Source: Candidatus Deferrimicrobiaceae bacterium (lineage in GTDB: Bacteria; Desulfobacterota; Deferrimicrobia; Deferrimicrobiales; Deferrimicrobiaceae). Taken from it: a DNA stretch of 64,000 nt. The DNA lies in NCBI GenBank assembly GCA_963792415.1, contig CAWBVY010000004.1, positions 576,001 through 640,000 on the forward strand, written 5' to 3'. Below are positions 46,579 to 57,316 of this stretch, piece by piece. Every line of letters starts with the position of its first letter. Position 1 is the first letter of the stretch. The notes beneath the pieces were generated by a model. The model ran no database searches and was not told where the DNA came from. It saw only the letters and a list, made by a program, of their open reading frames with translations. The position numbers were made by a program, and so were the translations under genes.

Positions 46579-48534
46579 TCAGAACGACCCTTTCTCCTTC
46601 GTGTACGCGAGGCGCCCGCCGGCCAGGATGATGTCGATCTGCCGCCCGGTCAGGGAGTGGGTGACCTCGAAGTCGAACCCCTTCGTGACGTTGCGCGCCT
46701 TGAGCTTCGTCCCCTTCCGGATCGCTTCCCGCACGTCCGGGATCTCGATCTCGTCGCCCTGGGCGACCCTGTCGTAGTCGGCCTCGTTCGCGAAGAGGAA
46801 CGGCACGATGCCGAAGTTGATCAGGTTCGCGGAGTGGATCCGCTCGAACGACTTGGTGATGACCGCCTGGACGCCGAGGTAGCTCGGGCAGATCGCCGCG
46901 TGCTCGCGCGAGGAGCCCTGCCCGTAGGAGAGCCCGCCGACGATCACGTTGTGGACCCCCTTCGCCTTGTTCTCCAGCGACCGCCTGCTGAACGTGGGGT
47001 CGACCCCCTCGAAGACGAACTCGGCGTATTTCGCGATGTTGGAGCGGTATTTCAGCCGCGCCCCGGCGGGCATGATGTGGTCCGTGGTGATCTTGTCGCC
47101 CAGCTTCAGCGTGACCGCGCCGCGGATCGCCTCCGGCAGGGGGGCGCTCTCCGGCGGCTTCCCGATGTTCGGGCCGCGCCGGACCTCGACCGCGACGCCT
47201 TCGGCGGCGGGGGCCAGGACCATCGAGTCGTCGATGTGGAACTTCTTCGGGGCCTTCACCTCGGGGTACGCGACCCCGAGCTCCGCCGCGACGTCCCTCG
47301 GGTCGGCCATCTCGCCCTTCAGGGCGCACGCCGCCGCCGTCTCGGCGGAGACGAGGAAGATCCCGGCGTCCTTCGTTCCCGACCGGCCCTCGAAGTTCCG
47401 GTTGTTCGTGCGGACCGAGACGCCTCCCGACGGGGGGGCCTGCCCCGCGCCGATGCAGAAGCCGCAGGCGGTCTCGAGGATCCGCGCCCCGGCGCTCACC
47501 AGCGTCGCGATGCTGCTCTCCTTCGCCGCCATCTGGAGCACCTGGCGGGAGCCCGGCGCGACCCCGAACGACACGTTGGGGCTGACCGTCCGGTCCTTGA
47601 GGATCCGCGCGAGGGTGGTGACGTCCTTGTAGGAGGCGTTCGTGCAGGAGCCCACGAGAACCTGGTGGACCTTCTTCCCCGCGATCTCCTTCACCCGCTT
47701 GACGTTGTCCGGGCTGTGGGGCATCGCGACCATCGGCTCGAGCGCGGACAGGTCGATGTCGATCACCCGCTCGTACTTCGCCGAGGCGTCCGCCTTGAGC
47801 TTCACGTACGCGTCTTCGCGCCCCTGGGCCTTGAGGAACGCCTTCGTCACCTTGTCGGAGGGGAAGATCGAGGTGGTCACGCCGAGCTCGGCGCCCATGT
47901 TCGTGATCGTGGCGCGCTCGGGGACCGACAGCGTCTCCACGCCGTCGCCCCCGTACTCCACGATCGAGCCGACGTTCCCCTTCGTCGTCAGGATCTCCAG
48001 CAGCTTGAGGATGACGTCCTTGGCCGCCACCCACGGCTGGAGCTTCCCGGTCAGGTTCACCTTGACCACCTTCGGATACGTCATGTAGAAGGGGCCGCCC
48101 GCCATCGCCACGGCGACGTCGAGCCCCCCCGCGCCGATCGCCATCATCCCGATCCCGCCGCCCGTGGGGGTGTGCGAGTCGGAGCCCAGCATCGTCTTGC
48201 CGGGGGCCCCGAACCGCTCGACGTGGACCTGGTGGCAGATCCCGTTCCCGGCCCGTGAGTAGAAGATCCCGTGCTTCGCGGCGACCGTCTGCAGGTACAG
48301 GTGGTCGTCGGCGTTCTCGAACCCTTCCTGCAGCGTGTTGTGATCGACGTAGGAGACCGACTTCTCGGTCTTCACCCGGGGAACCCCCATCGCCTCGAAC
48401 TGCAGGTACGCCATCGTCCCGGTGGCGTCCTGGGTTAGGGTCTGGTCGATCCGGACGGCGACCTCCCTGCCCGGCTTCTTGTCACCGGAAACGTAGTGCG
48501 CGTCGATGATCTTCTGGACGATGTTCTTTCCCAT
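46579..48534 (-). CDS. Aconitate hydratase (short, about 650-aa type)
   Basis: TQDATGT, GICHQ, GSDSHT, GSCTN, ACGFCIG, NRNFEGR, YGQGSSREHA. Confidence 0.92.
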   Translation of the reverse strand: MGKNIVQKIIDAHYVSGDKKPGREVAVRIDQTLTQDATGTMAYLQFEAMGVPRVKTEKSVSYVDHNTLQEGFENADDHLYLQTVAAKHGIFYSRAGNGICHQVHVERFGAPGKTMLGSDSHTPTGGGIGMMAIGAGGLDVAVAMAGGPFYMTYPKVVKVNLTGKLQPWVAAKDVILKLLEILTTKGNVGSIVEYGGDGVETLSVPERATITNMGAELGVTTSIFPSDKVTKAFLKAQGREDAYVKLKADASAKYERVIDIDLSALEPMVAMPHSPDNVKRVKEIAGKKVHQVLVGSCTNASYKDVTTLARILKDRTVSPNVSFGVAPGSRQVLQMAAKESSIATLVSAGARILETACGFCIGAGQAPPSGGVSVRTNNRNFEGRSGTKDAGIFLVSAETAAACALKGEMADPRDVAAELGVAYPEVKAPKKFHIDDSMVLAPAAEGVAVEVRRGPNIGKPPESAPLPEAIRGAVTLKLGDKITTDHIMPAGARLKYRSNIAKYAEFVFEGVDPTFSRRSLENKAKGVHNVIVGGLSYGQGSSREHAAICPSYLGVQAVITKSFERIHSANLINFGIVPFLFANEADYDRVAQGDEIEIPDVREAIRKGTKLKARNVTKGFDFEVTHSLTGRQIDIILAGGRLAYTKEKGSF

Positions 48535-49264
48535 CGATCTTCTCCTTCCTTCAAGGGTGTGTTTTTCGCGGCGTTCGAACCGAAGACTCAGGCATGTCGA
48601 CAGTATCCGATGAAAAATCGTCCCATCATACGCAAAGCCCCCCCCGAATTCAACCACGGAAAGCGCACCCTGCCGGACCGGTCGAAATGGTGTCACCTGC
48701 AATCGTGTATATGGTCCTACCACTTCGTCCGGCGGGTCATCCTCCCGTCCCGCGAAGATCGGGAGAGAGATAAGGATAGTGCCTTCGAAAAATTCAGGAA
48801 AACATATCGTTTACGGCAGGTTGCAGTTAGAGTGAAAATCCGTGAAGCCGGTCGTCACTCCGCGTGAAAAACCGCTTGCATTCTGATTTCTCCACGGTAT
48901 ACAATTCCCAAACAGCGCCCCCAAAGGTGTGTACAGTATACAATTGGTGGAGGCTCTCGATATCCCATGATGTCCGGTCGAACGGAACCCCTTGGATCCT
49001 CTTTTTCGACGAACTCGCGCGGCATGCTCCCCCCGGGAGGAAGCGCTGTGATGATTTGTCACAACGCTACTTTCCCTTCGGCATGCGGTTTGGACAACGC
49101 GGCGATGTCTCCCGGCGACAAGGCCGTTTCTTCAGGTAATCACAAATTGAAAGGAGGGTTTCGCGCTCAGGAGGAGACCCGCAAGGAACGAAATCGAGGG
49201 AGCAGTCAGAATTTCAACACCCGCGTGAAAAACCACCGCATCCCCAGGGAGCGATAAAAGTTGC

Positions 49265-49292
49265 TTGACGAGGGCGGAGGATTTTGTATATC
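49265..49292 (+). promoter_or_regulatory. Putative promoter of the multiheme cytochrome leader
   Basis: TTGACG-N16-TATATC; a second candidate TTGCAT-N18-TACAAT lies at 48876-48905. Confidence 0.4.
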
Positions 49293-49310
49293 GTCCTACC
49301 ATGTAGTATC

Positions 49311-49510
49311 CGGTATCGGTAAGACGGGAGATCCTTCCCGGGCGAGGTCAGTCCACCAACAAGAAAAAGGAATGCGCGATTTCCCTTTGGGGCGTGGAAT
49401 CAAGAGTGCGTAGGATAAGTCGGTGGAATTCCATCCTGCTTGATGCGATTTGTTGGTGGCGGGTCTAAAATTTTTTTCAGCGAAGATGACCAGGCCGGCA
49501 ACGGATACCG
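49311..49510 (+). ncRNA. Candidate structured cis-regulatory leader RNA
   Basis: Five nested complementary segment pairs (see findings); no known Rfam motif recognised. Confidence 0.35.
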
Positions 49511-49606
49511 AAAGGAGGTGCATGCGGACGAGGCTTCGAAGGCGAAGACCTGGAAGGGCATTGCACGCGACCAATGATTCTGCGTAACCATCCCAAGGAG
49601 GGAACG

Positions 49607-52018
49607 ATGAGAAAACTGATTACCCTGTTGGCTGTGTTAACCCTCGCTATGCCGTTGATGTTCCTAGGTTGCAGCGGGGACGACGGTTCGACCGGCGCCA
49701 CCGGCCCCCCCGGCGCCCCCGGCGACCCCGGACCTCCGGGACCCGGCGTGGTGACGGAAGAGACATGCAACCTCTGCCACGGTTCGGGCAAGGCGGAAGC
49801 GGTCGCCGGAGTGCACCGCATCGGCGAGACCGCCGGTCCATCGCGGTCACCATCACCTCCGTCGATTTCGGCGCCGTGACCGTCGACAACACCGTCCCGG
49901 TCACCGTGAATTTCACCTTTGGGGCGACCAACAGCGCAGGGGCTGACGTCACCGGCGACATCGACCTGACCACGCTTTCCACCTCCGGCAGCAGCGCCGG
50001 GAATCTCGCGTACTTGCGGTTCTCCCTCGCCCAGTTGATCCGCCGGTACGAACGGCGACGCCGACACGTGGGCAGGTTTCGTCGTGAGGCCGGGAGCCAC
50101 CGGCAGCGGTCCCTATTACGCGTTCGACCCGACGGGATGGTGGGAACGGCCACCGGCGATTTCTCCTACACCTTCCCGGACAACGCCGTGCGGCTTTCCG
50201 ACGGGTACCTGGACAACGTGGTCACGCGGGCCGCGATCCAGGTTTCCGGCATACCGATCACCACGTTCACGTCCGACCCGTACTTCAACACGAGCCTGAG
50301 AAGGCCGGTGGCGAACGCCGTGCACGACGTGGTGTCCGGGTCGGCGGCGGACCGGATGGCGCCAGACCGCGGCGTATCCGAAGAAGAACGACGTCAGCAC
50401 CGCATCCAGCACCGTATCCTGCAACAAGTGCCACGATCCGCTGGGGATCCACGGCGGCAGCCGCCGCGATTACAAGTTCTGCGTGGTCTGCCACAACGCC
50501 AAGACCGAAGCCGTTTATGCAAACGTTGACCTGGTAAAACTGGTCCACAAGATCCACTCGGCCAGGACCTCGGCGACCTCGGCGATTACAGCGAAGTGGG
50601 CTATCCCCAGGCCATCAACAACTGCCTGACGTGCCACAGCGGCCCCGACGCCGACAATACCTACGACAACTGGAAGACCCGTCCGACCATCGAGGCGTGC
50701 GGCGCCTGCCACACGAACGTCGACTTCGCGACCGGCACCGGGCATCTGGGCGCAAGCCACCAACGCCGGCTGCGCGGGATGCCATCCTCCCACGGCCAGG
50801 GATCGGTGGATGTTACCAATGTGCACGCCGCCAAGGAGGGCGCGCCTCCCACGCCGAACAACCCGGTGCTCGCCGCCGACCTGAAAATCGTTGAGTACTG
50901 CGATCAACAGCGTGACGGTCGACAACACCAACGCGGCGATCATCAAGTTCAACATCAAGATCGACAACGTGGTCGCGAACCTGGGCGCCACAGGCGACAA
51001 CGCCGCCCGGCCCACCGGCTTCACCGGCGGCCCGAGCTTCCTGTTCGCCTACGCCCTGCCGCAGGACGGCGTGAGCGCACCTGCGGACTACAACAACCTC
51101 GGCCGGTCCGCGGGCCAGCCGCAGTCCGTCTCCATTATAAACTCAACAACCGGCGTCGGCCTGCCCATCACGGCGACCGACAACACGTGGACCACGGTGA
51201 AGGTCGCTAACGCGTTCCCGGCCGGCGCGAAGATGCGGGCGGTCGCGCTCCAGGGGTACTTCACCCAGACCAACGCCATCGGCACCGACAATGTGGCCCG
51301 GCACACCATCTCGGTCCAGAAGGCGGTCACCGGCGACGCCGTCCGCCGCACCGTGATCAAGGGCATCGGTTATAACGCCAGCGGCGTTGGTACCCCCACG
51401 GGCTGCCTCGAGTGCCACGAGGTCTTCGAGGGGCACGGCGGAAACCGCGTCAACGACGTCCAGGTCTGCGTGATGTGCCACAATCCCAACCTCACCACCA
51501 GCGGGCGCACCATCACGGCCGACCCGATCAACCCGGACATCGTGGCCCTCTTCGGGACCGATCCTCTTGCGTACCCCGAAGTGACCAACAACTTCAAGGA
51601 GCTGATCCACGGGCTCCACGCCAATGAGATGCGGGTCAACGAGTTCGTGGACATCCGCAACCGGCTGGACGGCATCCTCCTCCTCGGGAGCGAGGTTACC
51701 TATCCCGGCGACCTGAGCCACTGCACGAAGTGCCACGTCGGCACGACGTACCAGAACGTCCAGGTCCCCAACGGCCTGCTGACCACCGAGAAGATCACGA
51801 CGGGGAACGCGTCCGAAACCCTCGCCGAGATCACCGCGGCCCGTGCCAGCGTGCCGAACGCCACCGACCTCGTGAACACGCCGGCCGCTTCCGCGTGCGG
51901 CTACTGTCACGACACCCCGACCGCCGTGAGCCACTTCGGCCTGCAGGGGGGGAAGGTCAAGACGGATCGCGGTACTGCGACGTTGCCGCTTCCGGAACTG
52001 GCCCCGGTGACACCGTAA
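49607..52018 (+). pseudogene. OmcA/MtrC-family decaheme c-type cytochrome lipoprotein, broken by about 8 frameshifts
   Basis: Lipobox FLGC, collagen-like GxP run, ten CXXCH across frames (CNLCH, CNKCH, CVVCH, CLTCH, CGACH, CAGCH, CLECH, CVMCH, CTKCH, CGYCH), HGGSR/HGGNR and VHKIH/IHGLH motifs. Confidence 0.85.
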
Positions 52019-52063
52019 GGGTGGAAGCACCGTTGTAAACGGCAGCACGCACAACGCACGGAG

Positions 52064-52094
52064 AGCCCGGCCCCGAAAGGGGCCGGGCTTTTTT
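52064..52094 (+). terminator. Rho-independent terminator
   Basis: AGCCCGGCCCC-GAAA-GGGGCCGGGCT followed by a T run. Confidence 0.9.
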
Positions 52095-53697
52095 ATGCCG
52101 CCCGGCCGCCCCTGTGGCCCCCGCCTCTCCCCGCCGCAAGGACGATCCCCGCCGTCAGCCAGAGGACCGCGGGCACGAGCCGGAAACCGTATTCCTGGAA
52201 GAAGGTGGAAGGGGGCGCTTTCCTGTAGGGGATTTCGTAGAGGTGCGTCCACTCCTCGTGCAGCGGGGATTGCGCAAGGAGGGTCCCGTCCGCCCGCATC
52301 GCGGCGGAGATGCCGGTGTTGGTGGCCCGGACGACGGGGCGGCGGAACTCGATCCCCCGGGCCAGGGTCATGGACAGGTGCTGGTACGGTTCCGCCGTGG
52401 TCCCGAACCAGGAGTCGTTGGTGACGTTGAGGAAGACCTGCGCCCCCTGGTCCGCCAGTCCCCGCGAAAAGTCCGGGAACAGCCCCTCGTAGCAGATCTG
52501 CGGCCCCACCCGGATGCCGGCGATCCGCCGGGTCCCGGGCCCGGGCCCCCGGGCGAAATCCGCCGTGAACGGAAACCATTCCCTCAGAACGGGAAACCGT
52601 TCGGAAAACGGGAAATATTCCCCGAAAATCAGCAGGTGGACCTTGTCATAGGGTTTGTCCGCCACGCTGCCGTCCCGGTCCAGGAAAGACATGGAATTGG
52701 TCGGCTTCCCGCTGGCCGCGTCGCGCCCCAACGCGCCGGTGACCAGGGCGGTCCCTTGGGAACGGACGAAATTCGACAGTACCCCGGCATACCCCTCGTC
52801 CAGCCGGCCGGCAGCGAGCCGGTGGGGGAAAGCCGTTTCGGGCCACACCGCGAAATCCGGCGCACCTCCCTTCGCCTGCGCGACCCCCTGCCGGGTCAGG
52901 CGGAGGTACCTCCGGAGGATCTCCTCCCGGTACAATCCCCGGGTTTCCGCGTAGACCTTCTCCTCGTTCCCGATATTGCCCTGGACGACCAGGATCCTGG
53001 CCGTCGCATCCGGCGTCGGCTGTGCCTTCCCGGCGATCCATCCCGCCCCGTTGAGCAGGAGCAGAAGCCCCACCGTACCTCCCAGCAGAACCGCCCCCCT
53101 TCGCTCCTTCCGGTGCTCCCATGCCGAAAGGAGCGCCAGGTTCAGGAAGAGGGTGAGGGCGCCCAGTCCCTCGAACCCCACGAACTCCGCCAGCTGGAAC
53201 GCGGGGAGCCGGGCCCCCAGCCACGGGTACCCCAGGTTCCAGGGAAAGATCATGGGGACGTATCGCCAGCAGAGCGCGGTGACGCAGGGAAGAAGGAGCC
53301 GCTGGGCCGCCCTGGAGAGCCCCAGCCGGTTCCGCAGCAGGGCGAAGGCCAGCCCGGCGAGGACGAAAAACAGGTGGCCGAACGCGCAGAACAGGAGCAG
53401 GACGAGCAGCGCCGCCGGCCACGGCATGTGGCCGAATTCGTGGGCCGTGTGCGCCACCCAATGGAAGCCGACGAGGCAAAAAAGGAACTGGGCCAGCCAC
53501 CCCCCCCAGAGGATTTTCCGTACCGAGCTTTCCCGGAGCCAGAACAGCCACAGGGGCACGAAGCAAAAAAAGAGCGCCCAGGGCGGGAACGGAATATAGC
53601 TGGTCCCTATGAAAAGACCCGAGAGCAGAGGAAGCCTGTAGAGGGAAAGGCGGGATCGCATTTTCGACAAGATACCGCGAACCGCTCCTTCCGTCAC
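52093..53697 (-). CDS. lnt: Apolipoprotein N-acyltransferase
   Basis: FPWNLGY, VQGNI, VWPETA, YDKVHLLIFGEYFP, QICYE, NVTNDSWFG, RATNTGIS. Confidence 0.93.
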   Translation of the reverse strand: MTEGAVRGILSKMRSRLSLYRLPLLSGLFIGTSYIPFPPWALFFCFVPLWLFWLRESSVRKILWGGWLAQFLFCLVGFHWVAHTAHEFGHMPWPAALLVLLLFCAFGHLFFVLAGLAFALLRNRLGLSRAAQRLLLPCVTALCWRYVPMIFPWNLGYPWLGARLPAFQLAEFVGFEGLGALTLFLNLALLSAWEHRKERRGAVLLGGTVGLLLLLNGAGWIAGKAQPTPDATARILVVQGNIGNEEKVYAETRGLYREEILRRYLRLTRQGVAQAKGGAPDFAVWPETAFPHRLAAGRLDEGYAGVLSNFVRSQGTALVTGALGRDAASGKPTNSMSFLDRDGSVADKPYDKVHLLIFGEYFPFSERFPVLREWFPFTADFARGPGPGTRRIAGIRVGPQICYEGLFPDFSRGLADQGAQVFLNVTNDSWFGTTAEPYQHLSMTLARGIEFRRPVVRATNTGISAAMRADGTLLAQSPLHEEWTHLYEIPYRKAPPSTFFQEYGFRLVPAVLWLTAGIVLAAGRGGGHRGGRAA

Positions 53698-53830
53698 GGG
53701 TCAATCGGATCCAGGGTGGGCAGGGCAGGAAGGACACGGACGAGCGGACCTCGTTCTTGCCGCCGAAGTTCCCGGGACCTGCGGCCGATAAAGAAACCGG
53801 TAGGGAAGAATCCGTCCGCAGAGGTGGCGA

Positions 53831-54010
53831 GTGGGCAGGGACGACTGGAAGTACGACGAGGACGCGTGGGACGAGATGGAGAACGAGGGGGTGAAGGCCG
53901 TTTCCTCTCCGGAGAAGCAGTGCCTCAATTGTCTCCACTGGGTCGACCGGGAGGCGGCCTACTGCCCCTGGTGCGGGAAGCCGCTCGGGGAGAAGGGCCG
54001 GAAGCGGTGA
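53831..54010 (+). CDS. 59-aa zinc-ribbon small protein (absent from ORF track)
   Basis: GTG start after GAGG: MGRDDWKYDEDAWDEMENEGVKAVSSPEKQCLNCLHWVDREAAYCPWCGKPLGEKGRKR. Confidence 0.65.
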   Translation: MGRDDWKYDEDAWDEMENEGVKAVSSPEKQCLNCLHWVDREAAYCPWCGKPLGEKGRKR

Positions 54011-54044
54011 TCCCGGCGGGAACCTGTAGCCGGAAGGGAAAGTA

Positions 54045-54074
54045 TTGACAAACGTCCGGAAGGATTGATAGGTT
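54045..54074 (+). promoter_or_regulatory. Putative cspA promoter
   Basis: TTGACA-N18-TAGGTT; leader contains hairpin TCGAAT...ATTCGA. Confidence 0.45.
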
Positions 54075-54147
54075 CACGGTTGCTGCGAATTCCGGGCGGT
54101 CGAATGTCCGGATTCGACAGCGGAATCCAGCAAGGAGGTACAAGGAA

Positions 54148-54348
54148 GTGGCACAAGGAACGGTGAAGTGGTTCAACGACGCGAAGGGGTACGGGTTCAT
54201 CGCACAGGAGGGCGGTCCGGACGTGTTCGTGCATTTCAGCGCGATCAAGATGGACGGCTTCCGCTCCCTCAAGGAGGGCGAGCGCGTCGAGTTCGAGATC
54301 ACCGAAGGCCCCAAGGGCCCGCAGGCCGCCAACGTCACCAAGCCGTAA
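54148..54348 (+). CDS. cspA: Cold-shock protein
   Basis: [29 protein letters not shown]. Confidence 0.95.
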   Translation: MAQGTVKWFNDAKGYGFIAQEGGPDVFVHFSAIKMDGFRSLKEGERVEFEITEGPKGPQAANVTKP

Positions 54349-54392
54349 CCAGGGCGGGGAACCCAGGGGCACGACGAAACCCCTGCAAACCG

Positions 54393-54428
54393 AAGCCCCC
54401 GGCGGGAAACCGCCGGGGGCTTTTTTTT
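54393..54428 (+). terminator. Rho-independent terminator
   Basis: GCCCCCGGCGG-GAAA-CCGCCGGGGGC followed by T8. Confidence 0.9.
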
Positions 54429-54455
54429 ATGTCCGCTCGCCCGGTCGGGCGAAAG

Positions 54456-54812
54456 TTACCTGGCCGGGGGCGTGCCTGGCACCGCGGGGACGCCGGCGGG
54501 GGCGGCGGGCATGCCCGCCGGCGGGGCCGGCATCGTCTGGGCCGGAGGGGCGGCGCCGCTCTTCATGATGCTGCCGGAGGGCCCCCTGCCGGAGAAGTAG
54601 GCGAGGAACAGGGACGTGAGCATGAAGACGATCGCCGCCCCCGCCGTCAACTTGCTCAGGAAGCTGGTCGGCCCGGTCGAGCCGAACAGGGTCTGCGACG
54701 AGCCGCCGCCGAAGACCGCCCCGATGTCGGACCCCTTTCCCGTCTGCAGCAGGATGACGAGGATCAACGCGACGGATACGATCACGTGCAGGATGACGAT
54801 CAGCGTGTGCAT
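54456..54812 (-). CDS. secG: Preprotein translocase subunit SecG
   Basis: ILLQTGKGSDIGAVFGGGSSQTLFGS; two TM segments; follows tpiA. Confidence 0.95.
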   Translation of the reverse strand: MHTLIVILHVIVSVALILVILLQTGKGSDIGAVFGGGSSQTLFGSTGPTSFLSKLTAGAAIVFMLTSLFLAYFSGRGPSGSIMKSGAAPPAQTMPAPPAGMPAAPAGVPAVPGTPPAR

Positions 54813-54843
54813 GGTTCGTGGTTTCCTTCTTCGGTGTCAGGTA

Positions 54844-55593
54844 TTAGTGGAACGTCACGATCTTCGCGAACGACTCGGGGGAGAGGCTCGCGCCTCCCAC
54901 CAGCGCGCCGTCGATGTCTTCGTTCGCCATCAGCGCGGCGATGTTGTCCGGCTTCACGGAGCCGCCGTAGAGGATCCGGACGGAACCGGCGGCGCCCCCC
55001 CACAGATCCTTCAACCGTCCCCGCAGGAAGGCGTGGACCTCCTGCGCCTGGGCCGGGGTCGCCGTCTTCCCGGTTCCGATGGCCCACACGGGTTCGTAGG
55101 CCACGATGACGCGCTTCGCTGCGGCGGCGGGGATCTCCTTCGATCCTCCGGCGAGCTGCCGCCCGACCACGTCGAACGTCTTCCCGCCCTCGCGCTCCGG
55201 GTCCGTTTCCCCCACGCAAAGGATGGGGGTGAGCCCGGCGGCGAGCGTGGCGAGGACCTTCCGGTTCGCCGCGTCGTCCGTTTCCGCGAAATATTGCCGC
55301 CGCTCGGAGTGGCCGATGATGCAGTGGGTCGCACCGGCCTCCCTCAGCATCCGGGTCGACACCTCGCCGGTGAACGCACCCTCGTCCGCGAAGTGGACGT
55401 TCTGGGACGCCACCCCGATGCCGCTCCCCCGGACGAGCTGCGCCACCGCCCCGATCGACGGGTACGGCGGTGCGAGGACGATCTCGACACCCCGGACGCC
55501 CGACACCAGCGGCAGGAAGGCCTGGACGAAGGCCGCGGCTTCCGCCGCGGTCTTGTACATCTTCCAGTTGCCGGCGATGACCGGGACGCGCAC
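54844..55593 (-). CDS. tpiA: Triosephosphate isomerase
   Basis: AGNWKM, GHSERR, AYEPVWAIGTG, YGGSVK, LVGGASL. Confidence 0.97.
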   Translation of the reverse strand: MRVPVIAGNWKMYKTAAEAAAFVQAFLPLVSGVRGVEIVLAPPYPSIGAVAQLVRGSGIGVASQNVHFADEGAFTGEVSTRMLREAGATHCIIGHSERRQYFAETDDAANRKVLATLAAGLTPILCVGETDPEREGGKTFDVVGRQLAGGSKEIPAAAAKRVIVAYEPVWAIGTGKTATPAQAQEVHAFLRGRLKDLWGGAAGSVRILYGGSVKPDNIAALMANEDIDGALVGGASLSPESFAKIVTFH

Positions 55594-55597
55594 CGCG

Positions 55598-56800
<1,203 letters not shown>

Positions 56801-57316
56801 TCAATTGAAGCCGATACCCTTCCGGCGGAGGATGTCCATGGGATCGATCGTCCCGGTCCGGGAGAAGGGGACGCGGACCACGCCGACGACCGGGGCGACC
56901 ACGCCCACCGAGCCGTTGAACTCGTAGGTGACCGCGCGGGCGTCGAGCACCTCGCGCAGCGCGTCGGCGAAGACGTCGGTCTGCAGCCGGACGGGAACCT
57001 TGACCACCGTTTCCCCGGAGGGCTCGATGCGCACCTCCTCGGTCCGCTCCCCGTAGGCGAGCCGCCGGGTTCCCACCGTCGCGGAGTAGGCGACGCTGGC
57101 CACCGTCAGGGCGTAGGAGTTCGGGTTTTTCACCGCGAGATACAGAACTACCTCGGACGGGCCCCGGGACTGGAAGGGGTTGCCGGCGACCCCGATGTCG
57201 ACGACCCGCACCTTCGGGGCCTCGAAGACCTCTTTCAGGAGGGGGCGGCACGAGGAGACGGGCAGGCACGACGCTCCGACCAGCAGCAGGAGGACCCACC
57301 GCTTGACGATCCGCAT
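56801..57316 (-). CDS. LEA type 2 / WHy domain (lipo)protein
   Basis: Hydrophobic leader with Cys, VKNPNSYAL motif, beta-rich. Confidence 0.8.
   Translation of the reverse strand: MRIVKRWVLLLLVGASCLPVSSCRPLLKEVFEAPKVRVVDIGVAGNPFQSRGPSEVVLYLAVKNPNSYALTVASVAYSATVGTRRLAYGERTEEVRIEPSGETVVKVPVRLQTDVFADALREVLDARAVTYEFNGSVGVVAPVVGVVRVPFSRTGTIDPMDILRRKGIGFN

Noticed and set aside
48811-49257. Short ORFs in the aconitase-cytochrome intergenic region
   Set aside because: Atypical codon usage, no motifs, and they overlap promoter-like elements.
49300-49600. Cyclic-dinucleotide (GEMM-I), cobalamin or other known riboswitch
   Set aside because: Consensus motifs were not recognisable by eye; kept only as an unknown structured leader.
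49837-50897. Programmed frameshifting or phase variation in the decaheme gene
   Set aside because: No slippery heptamers or simple repeats at the switch points, and eight programmed events are implausible.
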